Source of the DNA: a virus
Taxonomy: Duplodnaviria > Heunggongvirae > Uroviricota > Caudoviricetes
Direction: 5' to 3' (one strand)
IMG/VR virus record: IMGVR_UViG_2778261087_000008
Length of the DNA: 18,887 bases
Shown: positions 7,446 to 15,119 of the stretch, one piece after another
Numbering within the stretch: the first letter of the stretch is position 1
Layout of the letters: every line of letters starts with the position of its first letter
The notes under the pieces: model-generated
Seen by the model: only the letters and a program-made list of their open reading frames with translations
What the model was told of the DNA's origin: nothing
Databases searched by the model: none
Program-made: the position numbers and the translations under genes

Positions 7446-9565
7446 AAAAAGCGCCAAATTTAAAACACCAGCCGCGTGACAAAATGACGGAAGTCATCAT
7501 TTTTGCGGGTAGTAATGCGTGGGCACATGCGAAGCAGTGGCAGGAACAGGACGGGCGACTGGCTGGCGATAACGTGCCTCCTGTCTGGCTTGGAGAGCAA
7601 CAACTTGCCGAACTGGACAACCTGCAAATCGTACCGGACGGACGCTATCGCGTGCGTCTCTATCAGGCGGGGTTATTGCGTCCGGGGCTTGTTAATACCA
7701 TCGGGCAGAAACTGGCAGCGGCAGGTGTCAGGGATGCTGATTATTACCCTGAAGGAATGCACAGCCAGAAACGGGAGAACTGGCGCGAATATCTGGAACG
7801 TGAACGGGCAGAGCAGGCGGAAAAGAAAAAGGTAGTTGAACTGCCTGTAAAGAAAAAAGAGCCATGCTATCAGGATGATGAATTAAAGCCCCGCGTTGAA
7901 AGTCGCGCCGATGGTGTTTTCTGGGTAACGCCCAAAGTGGATAAGCAGTCAGGTGAAATTATCCGGCCTGAGACGTGGTTATGTTCTCCGCTTGAACTAC
8001 TGGGAACGGGGACGATCGGTAAAGAGCATTACCGCGTGATGCGCTGGAAAAAAACCGCAAACCATGAAGTCATCACAATGGCGATCCCGTGTGGTGGTAT
8101 CGGCGACCGTGACGGCTGGCGGTTACTTAAAGATCACGGGCTGAACGTGACAACCAACGGCAAATACAGGGCAATCCTGGCGGACTGGATGCAGTTAAGC
8201 GGAAGCCATGAGGAATGGCAGTTAAGCACAACAACGGGCTGGCATTTTGGCGCGTACATCATGCCGGACGGTTCGATCATTGGTGATTCTGAAAAACCGA
8301 TCCTGTTTACCGGAAAAAGCGCCGCGATTAACGGTTATTCCGTGGCGGGTACGGCGGAGGGCTGGCGCGAGAGTGTGGCGCGGCTGGCTGGCGGTAATGC
8401 CTCAATGATGCTGGGTGTGGCAACGTCACTGGCAGCGCCTTTAATTGGCCTTGTGGGTGCTGACGGCTTCGGGGTGCATCTTTTCGAACAGTCATCGGCA
8501 GGTAAGACCACCACGCAGAACATCGCATCAAGTTTATGGGGAGAGCCGGACGCACAACGGCTTACCTGGTACGGAACGGCGTTAGGTATCGCCAACGAGG
8601 CAGAGGCGCACAACGACGGGCTGTTACCCCTGGATGAAATAGGCCAGGCCGGAAACGCGCGGGAGGTGTCCACGTCAGCCTATACGTTGTTTAACGGCTC
8701 CGGGAAATTACAGGGGGCGAAGGACGGCGGCAACCGGGAGATAAAACACTGGCGCACGGTGGCAATCAGCACCGGAGAAATGGACGTTGAGACATTCCTC
8801 AAAACGGAGGGGATAAAAGTCAAAGCGGGGCAGCTTGTCCGCCTGCTTAACGTTCCGATGGAAAAAGCCACGCAATTTCACGAATACAGCACCGGAAAGG
8901 CGCACGCAGACGCGTTAAAAGATGCCTGGACAGAAAATCACGGGGCGGCGGGTCGTGAATGGGTTAAATGGCTGGCAGACCACCAGCAGGAGGCAAAGGA
9001 TACGGTAAGGGAATGCCGCGAACGGTGGCGCAACCTGATACCGGATAGCTACGGCGAGCAGGTCCACCGCGTGGGGGAACGTTTCGCGATACTGGAGGCT
9101 GCGCTTGTGCTTTCCGGTCATGTAACTGGCTGGGCCGCGCAGGAATGCCGGGACGCAATACAGCATAACTTTAATGCCTGGGTGAAGGAGTTCGGCACGG
9201 GTAATAGGGAATTTAAACAGATGGTTGAACAGGCTGAGGCGTTTTTGTCGTCGTTCGGGTTCAGTCGATACCTTCCTTACCCAAACAGTGATGAGCGTGA
9301 TTTACCGATTAAAGACCTTGCCGGATACAGAAAGGGGAGTATCAGAAATGAAGATGATGAGTTCCGTTTTTACACGTTTCCTCATGTGTTTGAGGGGGAG
9401 ATCGCACAGGGATTTAACCCATCCCACTTTGCCCGCGCGTTGAGTGCTGCCGGAATGCTGGAAGCGGGTAACGATCGCCGTTACAAGAAAAAGGCGCTCG
9501 GCAAAATTGGGGGTAAGCAGCATGTTTTTTACGTGATGATGTTCCAGCCTGAGGCAGAAGATTAA
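7442..9565 (+). CDS. Replication initiator primase-helicase (Pri-Rep type, P4 alpha-like role)
   Basis: About 707 aa from the ATG at 7442 (GGAG 9 nt upstream); Walker A-like FEQSSAGKTTTQ in the central domain; large multidomain protein immediately followed by an iteron cluster. Family assignment by pattern memory, not search. Confidence 0.8.
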   Translation: MKKAPNLKHQPRDKMTEVIIFAGSNAWAHAKQWQEQDGRLAGDNVPPVWLGEQQLAELDNLQIVPDGRYRVRLYQAGLLRPGLVNTIGQKLAAAGVRDADYYPEGMHSQKRENWREYLERERAEQAEKKKVVELPVKKKEPCYQDDELKPRVESRADGVFWVTPKVDKQSGEIIRPETWLCSPLELLGTGTIGKEHYRVMRWKKTANHEVITMAIPCGGIGDRDGWRLLKDHGLNVTTNGKYRAILADWMQLSGSHEEWQLSTTTGWHFGAYIMPDGSIIGDSEKPILFTGKSAAINGYSVAGTAEGWRESVARLAGGNASMMLGVATSLAAPLIGLVGADGFGVHLFEQSSAGKTTTQNIASSLWGEPDAQRLTWYGTALGIANEAEAHNDGLLPLDEIGQAGNAREVSTSAYTLFNGSGKLQGAKDGGNREIKHWRTVAISTGEMDVETFLKTEGIKVKAGQLVRLLNVPMEKATQFHEYSTGKAHADALKDAWTENHGAAGREWVKWLADHQQEAKDTVRECRERWRNLIPDSYGEQVHRVGERFAILEAALVLSGHVTGWAAQECRDAIQHNFNAWVKEFGTGNREFKQMVEQAEAFLSSFGFSRYLPYPNSDERDLPIKDLAGYRKGSIRNEDDEFRFYTFPHVFEGEIAQGFNPSHFARALSAAGMLEAGNDRRYKKKALGKIGGKQHVFYVMMFQPEAED

Positions 9566-9589
9566 CTCCCCTGTGTGAGGTGAAAAGTT

Positions 9590-9711
9590 GCGGGTTATGC
9601 GGGTTATCCTGTGCATAAGTGAATTAACTGCATGAATAAAAAGGAAATCAATAACCCGCACGTAACCCGCAAAACGGCAGTTATAACCCGCAAAAGTGCG
9701 ATTATAACCCG
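9590..9711. repeat. Iteron cluster 1 (candidate replication origin): GCGGGTTAT x2 tandem, AT-rich spacer, ATAACCCGC x4 inverted
   Basis: Forward copies at 9590-9598 and 9599-9607; reverse copies at 9651, 9663, 9683 and 9703 with roughly 10-21 bp phasing; AT-rich segment between them; lies directly downstream of the primase-helicase gene. Confidence 0.65.
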
Positions 9712-9776
9712 CAGAATTTCACCGTAAGGGTGTAAACAAGCGTAACTATCAACGTTAAAACCGGAGAACAGACAGC

Positions 9777-10199
9777 ATGACAGCACAGATAGCAGCTTAC
9801 GGGCGGCTGGTGGCTGCCCCGCAGTTAAAGACCACCAGCAAGGGCACACAAATGGCTATGGCAAGCATGGCGGTCCCCCTGCCGTGCAATCAGGCAGATG
9901 ACGGACAGGCGACGATGTGGTTATCCGTCCTGGCGTTTGGCAGACAGGCCGACGCACTGGCAAAACACCACAAAGGCGAGCTGGTGAGCGTGGCGGGTAA
10001 CATGCAGGTAAGCCAGTGGACAGGCCAGAACGGGGAAACGCGGCAGGGCTGGCAGGTTATCGCAGACAGCGTAATCAGTGCCAGAACGGCGCGACCTGGT
10101 GGCAAAAAAGGCCAGCAGGGCCAGGCTACTGACGCTCTAAATAGGGCTAAGCAACAGGCGGGGAATGATGATCCATATGGGGATAACATACCCTTTTAG
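9777..10199 (+). CDS. Single-stranded DNA-binding protein (SSB-like)
   Basis: 140-aa ORF; N-terminal OB-fold-like pattern (IAAYGRL..., W..VLAFG...W); Gly/Gln-rich linker; C-terminal acidic tail ending DNIPF, like the DDDIPF tail of bacterial SSB. Confidence 0.75.
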   Translation: MTAQIAAYGRLVAAPQLKTTSKGTQMAMASMAVPLPCNQADDGQATMWLSVLAFGRQADALAKHHKGELVSVAGNMQVSQWTGQNGETRQGWQVIADSVISARTARPGGKKGQQGQATDALNRAKQQAGNDDPYGDNIPF

Positions 10200-10216
10200 C
10201 GATAACAGGGGGATAC

Positions 10217-10465
10217 ATGCCAGTGACATTTGAAGAAGTTCAGCAACATAAAAAGTTTCATGGTATTGATGATCTGGAAACCACGACAGCAAAAAAATAT
10301 CGCCGTCTGCTTTCTTCCGATGCGTTATTTGTTGTGGATCATCATGATTTTCTGCGCAGCTCACTGACCGGGGAAATTTTCGCAACCAACCGTGAGCAGG
10401 TGGAAGCGATGATCGAATATCTGTGGAAAATAAGACGCAGAATGCGGGATTCCATGAAACAGTAA
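10217..10465 (+). CDS. Hypothetical protein (82 aa)
   Basis: ORF 17 bp downstream of the SSB-like gene, followed by a terminator; no motif recognised. Confidence 0.5.
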   Translation: MPVTFEEVQQHKKFHGIDDLETTTAKKYRRLLSSDALFVVDHHDFLRSSLTGEIFATNREQVEAMIEYLWKIRRRMRDSMKQ

Positions 10466-10476
10466 AGCGATAAAGG

Positions 10477-10501
10477 CCCGGATTTTTCCGGGTTTTCTTT
10501 T
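10477..10501 (+). terminator. Rho-independent terminator ending the replication module
   Basis: cccgga-tttt-tccggg hairpin followed by ttttctttt. Confidence 0.6.
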
Positions 10502-10738
10502 CAGGTTTTGTAAATTATTTGTTCGTGGTTGTTTCTGGCTGTTCAGTGATTCTGGCTGATATTTACATACTGATTTTTATGTATATGTTGGCGTGTGGCA
10601 CTCAGACGTGAGCCGCCACAATGCCGCCTGACCCCCTGCGCGATGCCGGGTTGATCTGCGAGATGCCGAGAGTGTCGGGCGGCGCTCCCTCCGTGTTGGT
10701 TTCACGTCCTGAATCTTAACCAATACGAGAAAACCTTC

Positions 10739-11908
10739 ATGAAGAAATTAATCGAACTCCGCCAGCAAAAAAACGCCCTGAAAAACCAGATGCGATCCCT
10801 GCTGGAAAAAGCCGACAGTGAAAACCGTAGTCTGAACGCTGAAGAAGGCAAACAGTTTGATGAACTGCGTGCAAAAGCTGATGCCCTCGACACAGAAATT
10901 TCCCGCCTCGAGTCTGTGGCTGATGAAGAACGCAGCAAGCCAGGAACGGGCATCCAGAAATTATCATCTGATGAATTGCGTAACTACATCGTAACCGGAG
11001 ATGTGCGATCACTGTCCACCAGCACTGACAGCGGCAGGGATGGCGGATATACCGTAATTCCTGAGCTTGATCGCGAAGTCATGCGCCAGCTACAGGATGA
11101 CAGTGTTATGCGCGTGATCGCGACCGTGAAGACCGCAAAATCAAATGAGTTTCAGAAACTGGTTTCCACTGGCGGCGCAACTGTAGGACGAGGCACAGAA
11201 GGCAGCGCACGCAGTGAAACCAACACCCCGAAAATTGAACGCGTAACCATCAAGCTGAATCCGATCTACGCCTACCCGAAAACCACGCAGGAAATCCTGG
11301 ATTTTTCAGAGGTGGATATTCTGGGCTGGTTATCCTCCGAAATTGCCGACACGTTCGCCAGCACCGAAGAGGATGATTTTGTTAATGGCGACGGTAACGG
11401 CAAGCCGAAAGGCTTCATGGCTTACACCCGTGCGGCGACCAGTGACAAAACCCGCGCTTTTGGCACCATTGAAAAAATAGTAGCGGCAAGTGGAACCGCC
11501 ATTACAGCGGACGAACTGATCGACATTCTCTACAAGCTGAAAGCGAAATACCGCAAAAATGCCGTCTGGGTGATGAACTCGGGCACGGCAGGGACACTAC
11601 AGAAGCTGAAAAATGAGAACGGCGATTATATCTGGCGCGACAGCCTTAAAGAAGGTGCGCCGGATATGTTGCTTGGTCGTCCTGTTTACTGCCTGGAGTC
11701 CATGCCGGACATCGGCGCAGGAAAAGCACCGCTAGCGGTTGGCGATTTCAGTCGTGGTTATTTCATCGTTGATCATGTAACAGGGATTCGCACCCGACCG
11801 GACAACATTACTGAACCCGGATTCTACAAGGTCCACACGGATAAATATCTGGGCGGTGGTGTGGTGGATTCAAACGCCATCAAAATTCTGGAAATGAAAG
11901 CTGGCTAG
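10739..11908 (+). CDS. Phage major capsid protein, HK97 family, with N-terminal coiled-coil delta (scaffold-like) domain
   Basis: 389-aa ORF; charged, heptad-like N-terminal 70 residues; remainder typical in length and composition for HK97-fold capsid proteins; adjacent to prohead protease and portal genes. Confidence 0.88.
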   Translation: MKKLIELRQQKNALKNQMRSLLEKADSENRSLNAEEGKQFDELRAKADALDTEISRLESVADEERSKPGTGIQKLSSDELRNYIVTGDVRSLSTSTDSGRDGGYTVIPELDREVMRQLQDDSVMRVIATVKTAKSNEFQKLVSTGGATVGRGTEGSARSETNTPKIERVTIKLNPIYAYPKTTQEILDFSEVDILGWLSSEIADTFASTEEDDFVNGDGNGKPKGFMAYTRAATSDKTRAFGTIEKIVAASGTAITADELIDILYKLKAKYRKNAVWVMNSGTAGTLQKLKNENGDYIWRDSLKEGAPDMLLGRPVYCLESMPDIGAGKAPLAVGDFSRGYFIVDHVTGIRTRPDNITEPGFYKVHTDKYLGGGVVDSNAIKILEMKAG

Positions 11909-11921
11909 TCATGAGTAAGGA

Positions 11922-11942
11922 GGAGGCTGCGGCCTCCTTTTT
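11922..11942 (+). terminator. Hairpin plus T-run immediately after the capsid gene (candidate partial terminator)
   Basis: ggaggc-tgcg-gcctcc followed by ttttt; sits 14 bp after the capsid stop. Confidence 0.45.
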
Positions 11943-11962
11943 CAGCTTTATGGAGTACACCG

Positions 11963-12523
11963 ATGAAAAACACCGATTTTGAAATCCGCACATCTGAACT
12001 GACCGCCAGCAATAAAAAGCTGGTGGGGTATGCCGTTCGCTGGAACAGCCTTTCAGAAATTATCTGGGACGAATTCCGCGAACAGTTCACGCCGGGGGCT
12101 TTTGCTGACTATCTGGCGGCGGGTAATGATGTGCGCTGCCTGTATGAGCATGACTATACCCAACTGCTGGGGCGCACCAAATCCGGCACTCTGGTACTGA
12201 CTGAGGATAACACCGGGTTACGTTTTGAACTGACACCGCCGGATACCCAGCTTGGAAAAGATGTGCTTACGCTGGTGGAGCGTGGCGACATTACAGGAAT
12301 GAGCTTTGGTTTTCGCGCATTATGCGAGGAGTGGAGTATCGCGCAAAAACCGTATTTGCGTACCGTAACCGCCGCTGAACTCCGTGAAATCACAATAACG
12401 TCGATGCCTGCTTATCCAGAATCTGGCGTGGAGATTGCCCACCGTTCGTTGTTTGCACAGCACCCTGAATTATGCCCGACAGGAAATAATCGTCATCGCT
12501 GGTCTGAGCTGGCGGGGTTGTGA
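11963..12523 (+). CDS. Phage prohead (head maturation) protease, HK97 family
   Basis: 186-aa ORF with the characteristic motifs EHDYTQLLGR and GMSFGF of the HK97 prohead protease family. Confidence 0.88.
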   Translation: MKNTDFEIRTSELTASNKKLVGYAVRWNSLSEIIWDEFREQFTPGAFADYLAAGNDVRCLYEHDYTQLLGRTKSGTLVLTEDNTGLRFELTPPDTQLGKDVLTLVERGDITGMSFGFRALCEEWSIAQKPYLRTVTAAELREITITSMPAYPESGVEIAHRSLFAQHPELCPTGNNRHRWSELAGL

Positions 12524-12524
12524 T

Positions 12525-13739
12525 ATGTGGTGGCCTTTTAGTCGTAAAAAAAGCGAGCAGCGTAACCTGTCCATTGATGATTTTCTGGCGCTGTCCGGCG
12601 TACCGAATACCGGATCCGGAGAATATGTTTCTGCCGGGACGGCTGAATCATTGCCTGCAGTGATGAATGCGGTTTCTGTCATCGCTGAGGCGGTGGCCAC
12701 GATGCCGTGTTATCTGTATCTGGTACGTAATGACAAGGGAAGGGAGGCGCGGGAATGGCTGGACAGTCACCCGGTAGATATTCTGCTGAATGAGCAGCCT
12801 AATTCGTGCCAGACACCTTACCAGTTTAAACGCACAATGATGCGTCACTGCCTGCTGAACGGTAACGCCTATGCGGTTATTGAGTGGGGGCAGGACGGGC
12901 AGCCAAAATCACTTCATCCTTATGCGCCGGGGTGTGTTGTACCGGAACGCACAGGCGCACACAAATACCGCTATACCATCACCGAACCCTATACAGGAAC
13001 GGTGCGCACGTATTTACAGGAAGAAGTTCTGCATCTCCGCTATGCCTCGGATGATGGCTTTCTGGGGCGCTCCCCCGTCACGATTTGCCGTGAGGCACTT
13101 GGGCTTGGCCTTGCTCAACAGCGCCACGGAGCCAGCATTATGAAAGATGGCATGATGGCGGCAGGGATTATCACGTCAGGCGAATGGCTGGACGGCGTGA
13201 AAGGTAAACAGGCATTGGATGCTCTGGAACGCTACAAGGGGGCGAAAAATGCCGGAAAAACGCCAATCCTTGAAGGGGGCATGGATTACAGGCAACTGGG
13301 AATGAGTAACCAGGATGCGGAATGGCTGGCCTCCCGTCGCTTCTCCATTGAAGACATCGCCCGCATGTTCAACGTATCGCCTATTTTTCTGCAGGAATAC
13401 AGCAACAGCACCTACAGCAATTTCAGCGAGGCAAGCCGCGCGTTTCTGACCATGACAATGCGCCCGTGGCTGGCGAACTTCGAACAGCAAATCAAGGCCG
13501 CTTTGCTGGTGGCTTCTCCCGTACCTGGTACCCGTTATCTGGTTGAGTTTGATTCAGCCGATTTATTACGCGCCACACCCACCGAACGTTATGCCACGTA
13601 TGAGAAAGGGATTAAGAACGGGATCATGAATCCGAACGAAGCCCGTGAGCGTGAGGGTATGCCGCCGCGTGAAGGTGGTGATGAGTTCAGCCAGGCATGG
13701 AAACAGACTGTGGAAATTAAAGGGAGAAAAGATGAGTGA
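12525..13739 (+). CDS. Phage portal protein, HK97 family
   Basis: About 404 aa from the ATG at 12525, 1 nt after the protease stop; size and position fit a portal. The track ORF 12435..13739 starts earlier and overlaps the protease gene. Confidence 0.85.
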   Translation: MWWPFSRKKSEQRNLSIDDFLALSGVPNTGSGEYVSAGTAESLPAVMNAVSVIAEAVATMPCYLYLVRNDKGREAREWLDSHPVDILLNEQPNSCQTPYQFKRTMMRHCLLNGNAYAVIEWGQDGQPKSLHPYAPGCVVPERTGAHKYRYTITEPYTGTVRTYLQEEVLHLRYASDDGFLGRSPVTICREALGLGLAQQRHGASIMKDGMMAAGIITSGEWLDGVKGKQALDALERYKGAKNAGKTPILEGGMDYRQLGMSNQDAEWLASRRFSIEDIARMFNVSPIFLQEYSNSTYSNFSEASRAFLTMTMRPWLANFEQQIKAALLVASPVPGTRYLVEFDSADLLRATPTERYATYEKGIKNGIMNPNEAREREGMPPREGGDEFSQAWKQTVEIKGRKDE

Positions 13740-14034
13740 AGCCAGAATTACACCTGATGAAGTCAGGGCACATCTTCGACTTGATGATGATTTATCCGGT
13801 GAAGGCGAACTTCTGAAAATGTATACCGATGCGGCGCTGGAAGCCTGCCAGAAGCATATCGGGAAACGTTTTGAAGACGGGCTGGAATTTACCCCGGCAA
13901 TGCGTGTTGGTTGCCTGATGTACATCGCTTTCCTGTACGAGAACCGGGAAGCGGTTTCACCAGTGGAGCACTCGGAACTGCCTATGGCTATTTCTGCGCT
14001 CTGGTCAGTTTATCGTGACGTAGGGGTGTACTGA
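13732..14034 (+). CDS. Phage head-tail connector (gp6-like) protein
   Basis: 100 aa from the ATG at 13732, overlapping the portal stop; N-terminal ITPDEVRAHLRLDDD matches the family pattern (..EVK.HLRID.D). Confidence 0.75.
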   Translation: MSEARITPDEVRAHLRLDDDLSGEGELLKMYTDAALEACQKHIGKRFEDGLEFTPAMRVGCLMYIAFLYENREAVSPVEHSELPMAISALWSVYRDVGVY

Positions 14035-14474
14035 TGCCGTGGCAACCATTAAGGCGATGCACTGAGCCTGGCTGTAATAAGCGCGTGAAGTCCGGCAAGT
14101 GTGAAGAGCACAGGCGGGCTGCATGGCGTGCAGAGGATGCCAGACGGGGACACCGCCGCGCGCGCGGGTATTCCCGACAGTGGGACAAATACCGCGCCCT
14201 GTACCTGAGCAAAAACCCGTTATGCGTGCGTTGTCTGGCTAAGGGGATTTATACGCCAGCTCTTGTGGTGGATCACATCATTCCCATCAATGGCGGCGGT
14301 GATGTTCTCTTCTGGCCTGAGTGGAATCACCAGGCATTGTGCCAGACGTGCCACAACCGTAAGACGACACGGGAAGATCCAGCCACGAAAGCAAACCGTA
14401 AAGCGGGCATGTATCGCGAGCAGGAAGAACGGGCGGCACACCGTAACGACTGGATGTATGGCGATGATGACTGA
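14034..14474 (+). CDS. HNH endonuclease (packaging-associated)
   Basis: 146-aa ORF with Cys-rich N-terminus and HNH motif DHIIPI...NHQALCQTCHNRKT; located directly upstream of the terminase genes. Confidence 0.85.
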   Translation: MPWQPLRRCTEPGCNKRVKSGKCEEHRRAAWRAEDARRGHRRARGYSRQWDKYRALYLSKNPLCVRCLAKGIYTPALVVDHIIPINGGGDVLFWPEWNHQALCQTCHNRKTTREDPATKANRKAGMYREQEERAAHRNDWMYGDDD

Positions 14475-14643
14475 ACAGGAGCAAACCAGGCTGATACGTG
14501 GACTGATAAGGCAGCGTGACACATGGAAGACACAGGAGACAGAGCACAAAGCCAACAGGACAGGGCGCACAAAACGCACCACAGCGAAGCGATTAACCGA
14601 CCGTGACCGCGAGGTCATGGAATGTTTTCGCAATCGCTGGTGA
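14458..14643 (+). CDS. Small basic hypothetical protein (61 aa), uncertain
   Basis: ORF overlapping the HNH 3' end in another frame; arginine/lysine-rich; no clear ribosome-binding site. Confidence 0.3.
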   Translation: MAMMTEQEQTRLIRGLIRQRDTWKTQETEHKANRTGRTKRTTAKRLTDRDREVMECFRNRW

Positions 14644-14651
14644 GGCCGTCA

Positions 14652-14711
14652 GAGGGGGTGGGGGTGGTTTTCAGGACGAAACCGTCCCTGCCGGACACCG
14701 ACCGCCCCCTC
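14652..14711. promoter_or_regulatory. G-rich nested inverted repeats upstream of terS (candidate cos / terminase recognition site)
   Basis: gagggggtgggggtgg ... ggacgaaaccgtcc ... ccccctc: outer arms GAGGGGG/CCCCCTC and inner arms ggacg/cgtcc, followed by an AT-rich tract (aatttttttgaaaataatt) before the terS ATG. Confidence 0.3.
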
Positions 14712-14762
14712 AAATTTTTGTGCACGGGAATTTTTTTGAAAATAATTGGGCGAAAAAAGAAC

Positions 14763-15119
14763 ATGGCAAGACCACCAAAAGCCCCCGCTTACCTGGATGA
14801 AATCGCGGTCAGGCAGTGGAAGGAAAAATCGCGCCAGCTTTCCGGGCGGGAAGACCTTACCCCCGCCGACTGGAGCAATCTGGAACTGTATTGTGTTAAC
14901 TACTCCATATACCGCAAAGCCGTCGAAGACCTTGCGACGCGCGGGTTCAGCATTGTTAACAGTCAGGGCAGCGAGAGCAGAAACCCCGCCCTGAGCGCAA
15001 AGGCTGACGCAGAAAGAATAATGATCAAAATGGCTTCTTTGCTGGGTTTTGACCCGGTAAGCCGCCGCAGAAATCCACCGGAAACAGAGGAAGAGGACGA
15101 GCTTGACCGCCTGGCATGA
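14763..15119 (+). CDS. Terminase small subunit (P27-family-like)
   Basis: 118 aa from the ATG at 14763 (MARPPKAPAYL...); acidic C-terminus; position immediately upstream of TerL. The track ORF begins at 14622 within the G-rich region. Confidence 0.78.
   Translation: MARPPKAPAYLDEIAVRQWKEKSRQLSGREDLTPADWSNLELYCVNYSIYRKAVEDLATRGFSIVNSQGSESRNPALSAKADAERIMIKMASLLGFDPVSRRRNPPETEEEDELDRLA

Noticed and set aside
7503-9661. Minus- and plus-strand ORFs of 63-119 aa nested within the primase-helicase gene
   Set aside because: All lie inside the 2.1 kb primase-helicase frame and are Pro/Arg/Ser-rich, consistent with shadow frames of a GC-rich gene.
10502-10738. P2 Ogr / P4 Delta-type late-activator site (TGT-N12-ACA) upstream of the capsid operon
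   Set aside because: Only an inverted-orientation ACA-N12-TGT (acatactgatttttatgt) is present, not the canonical arrangement; too weak to call.
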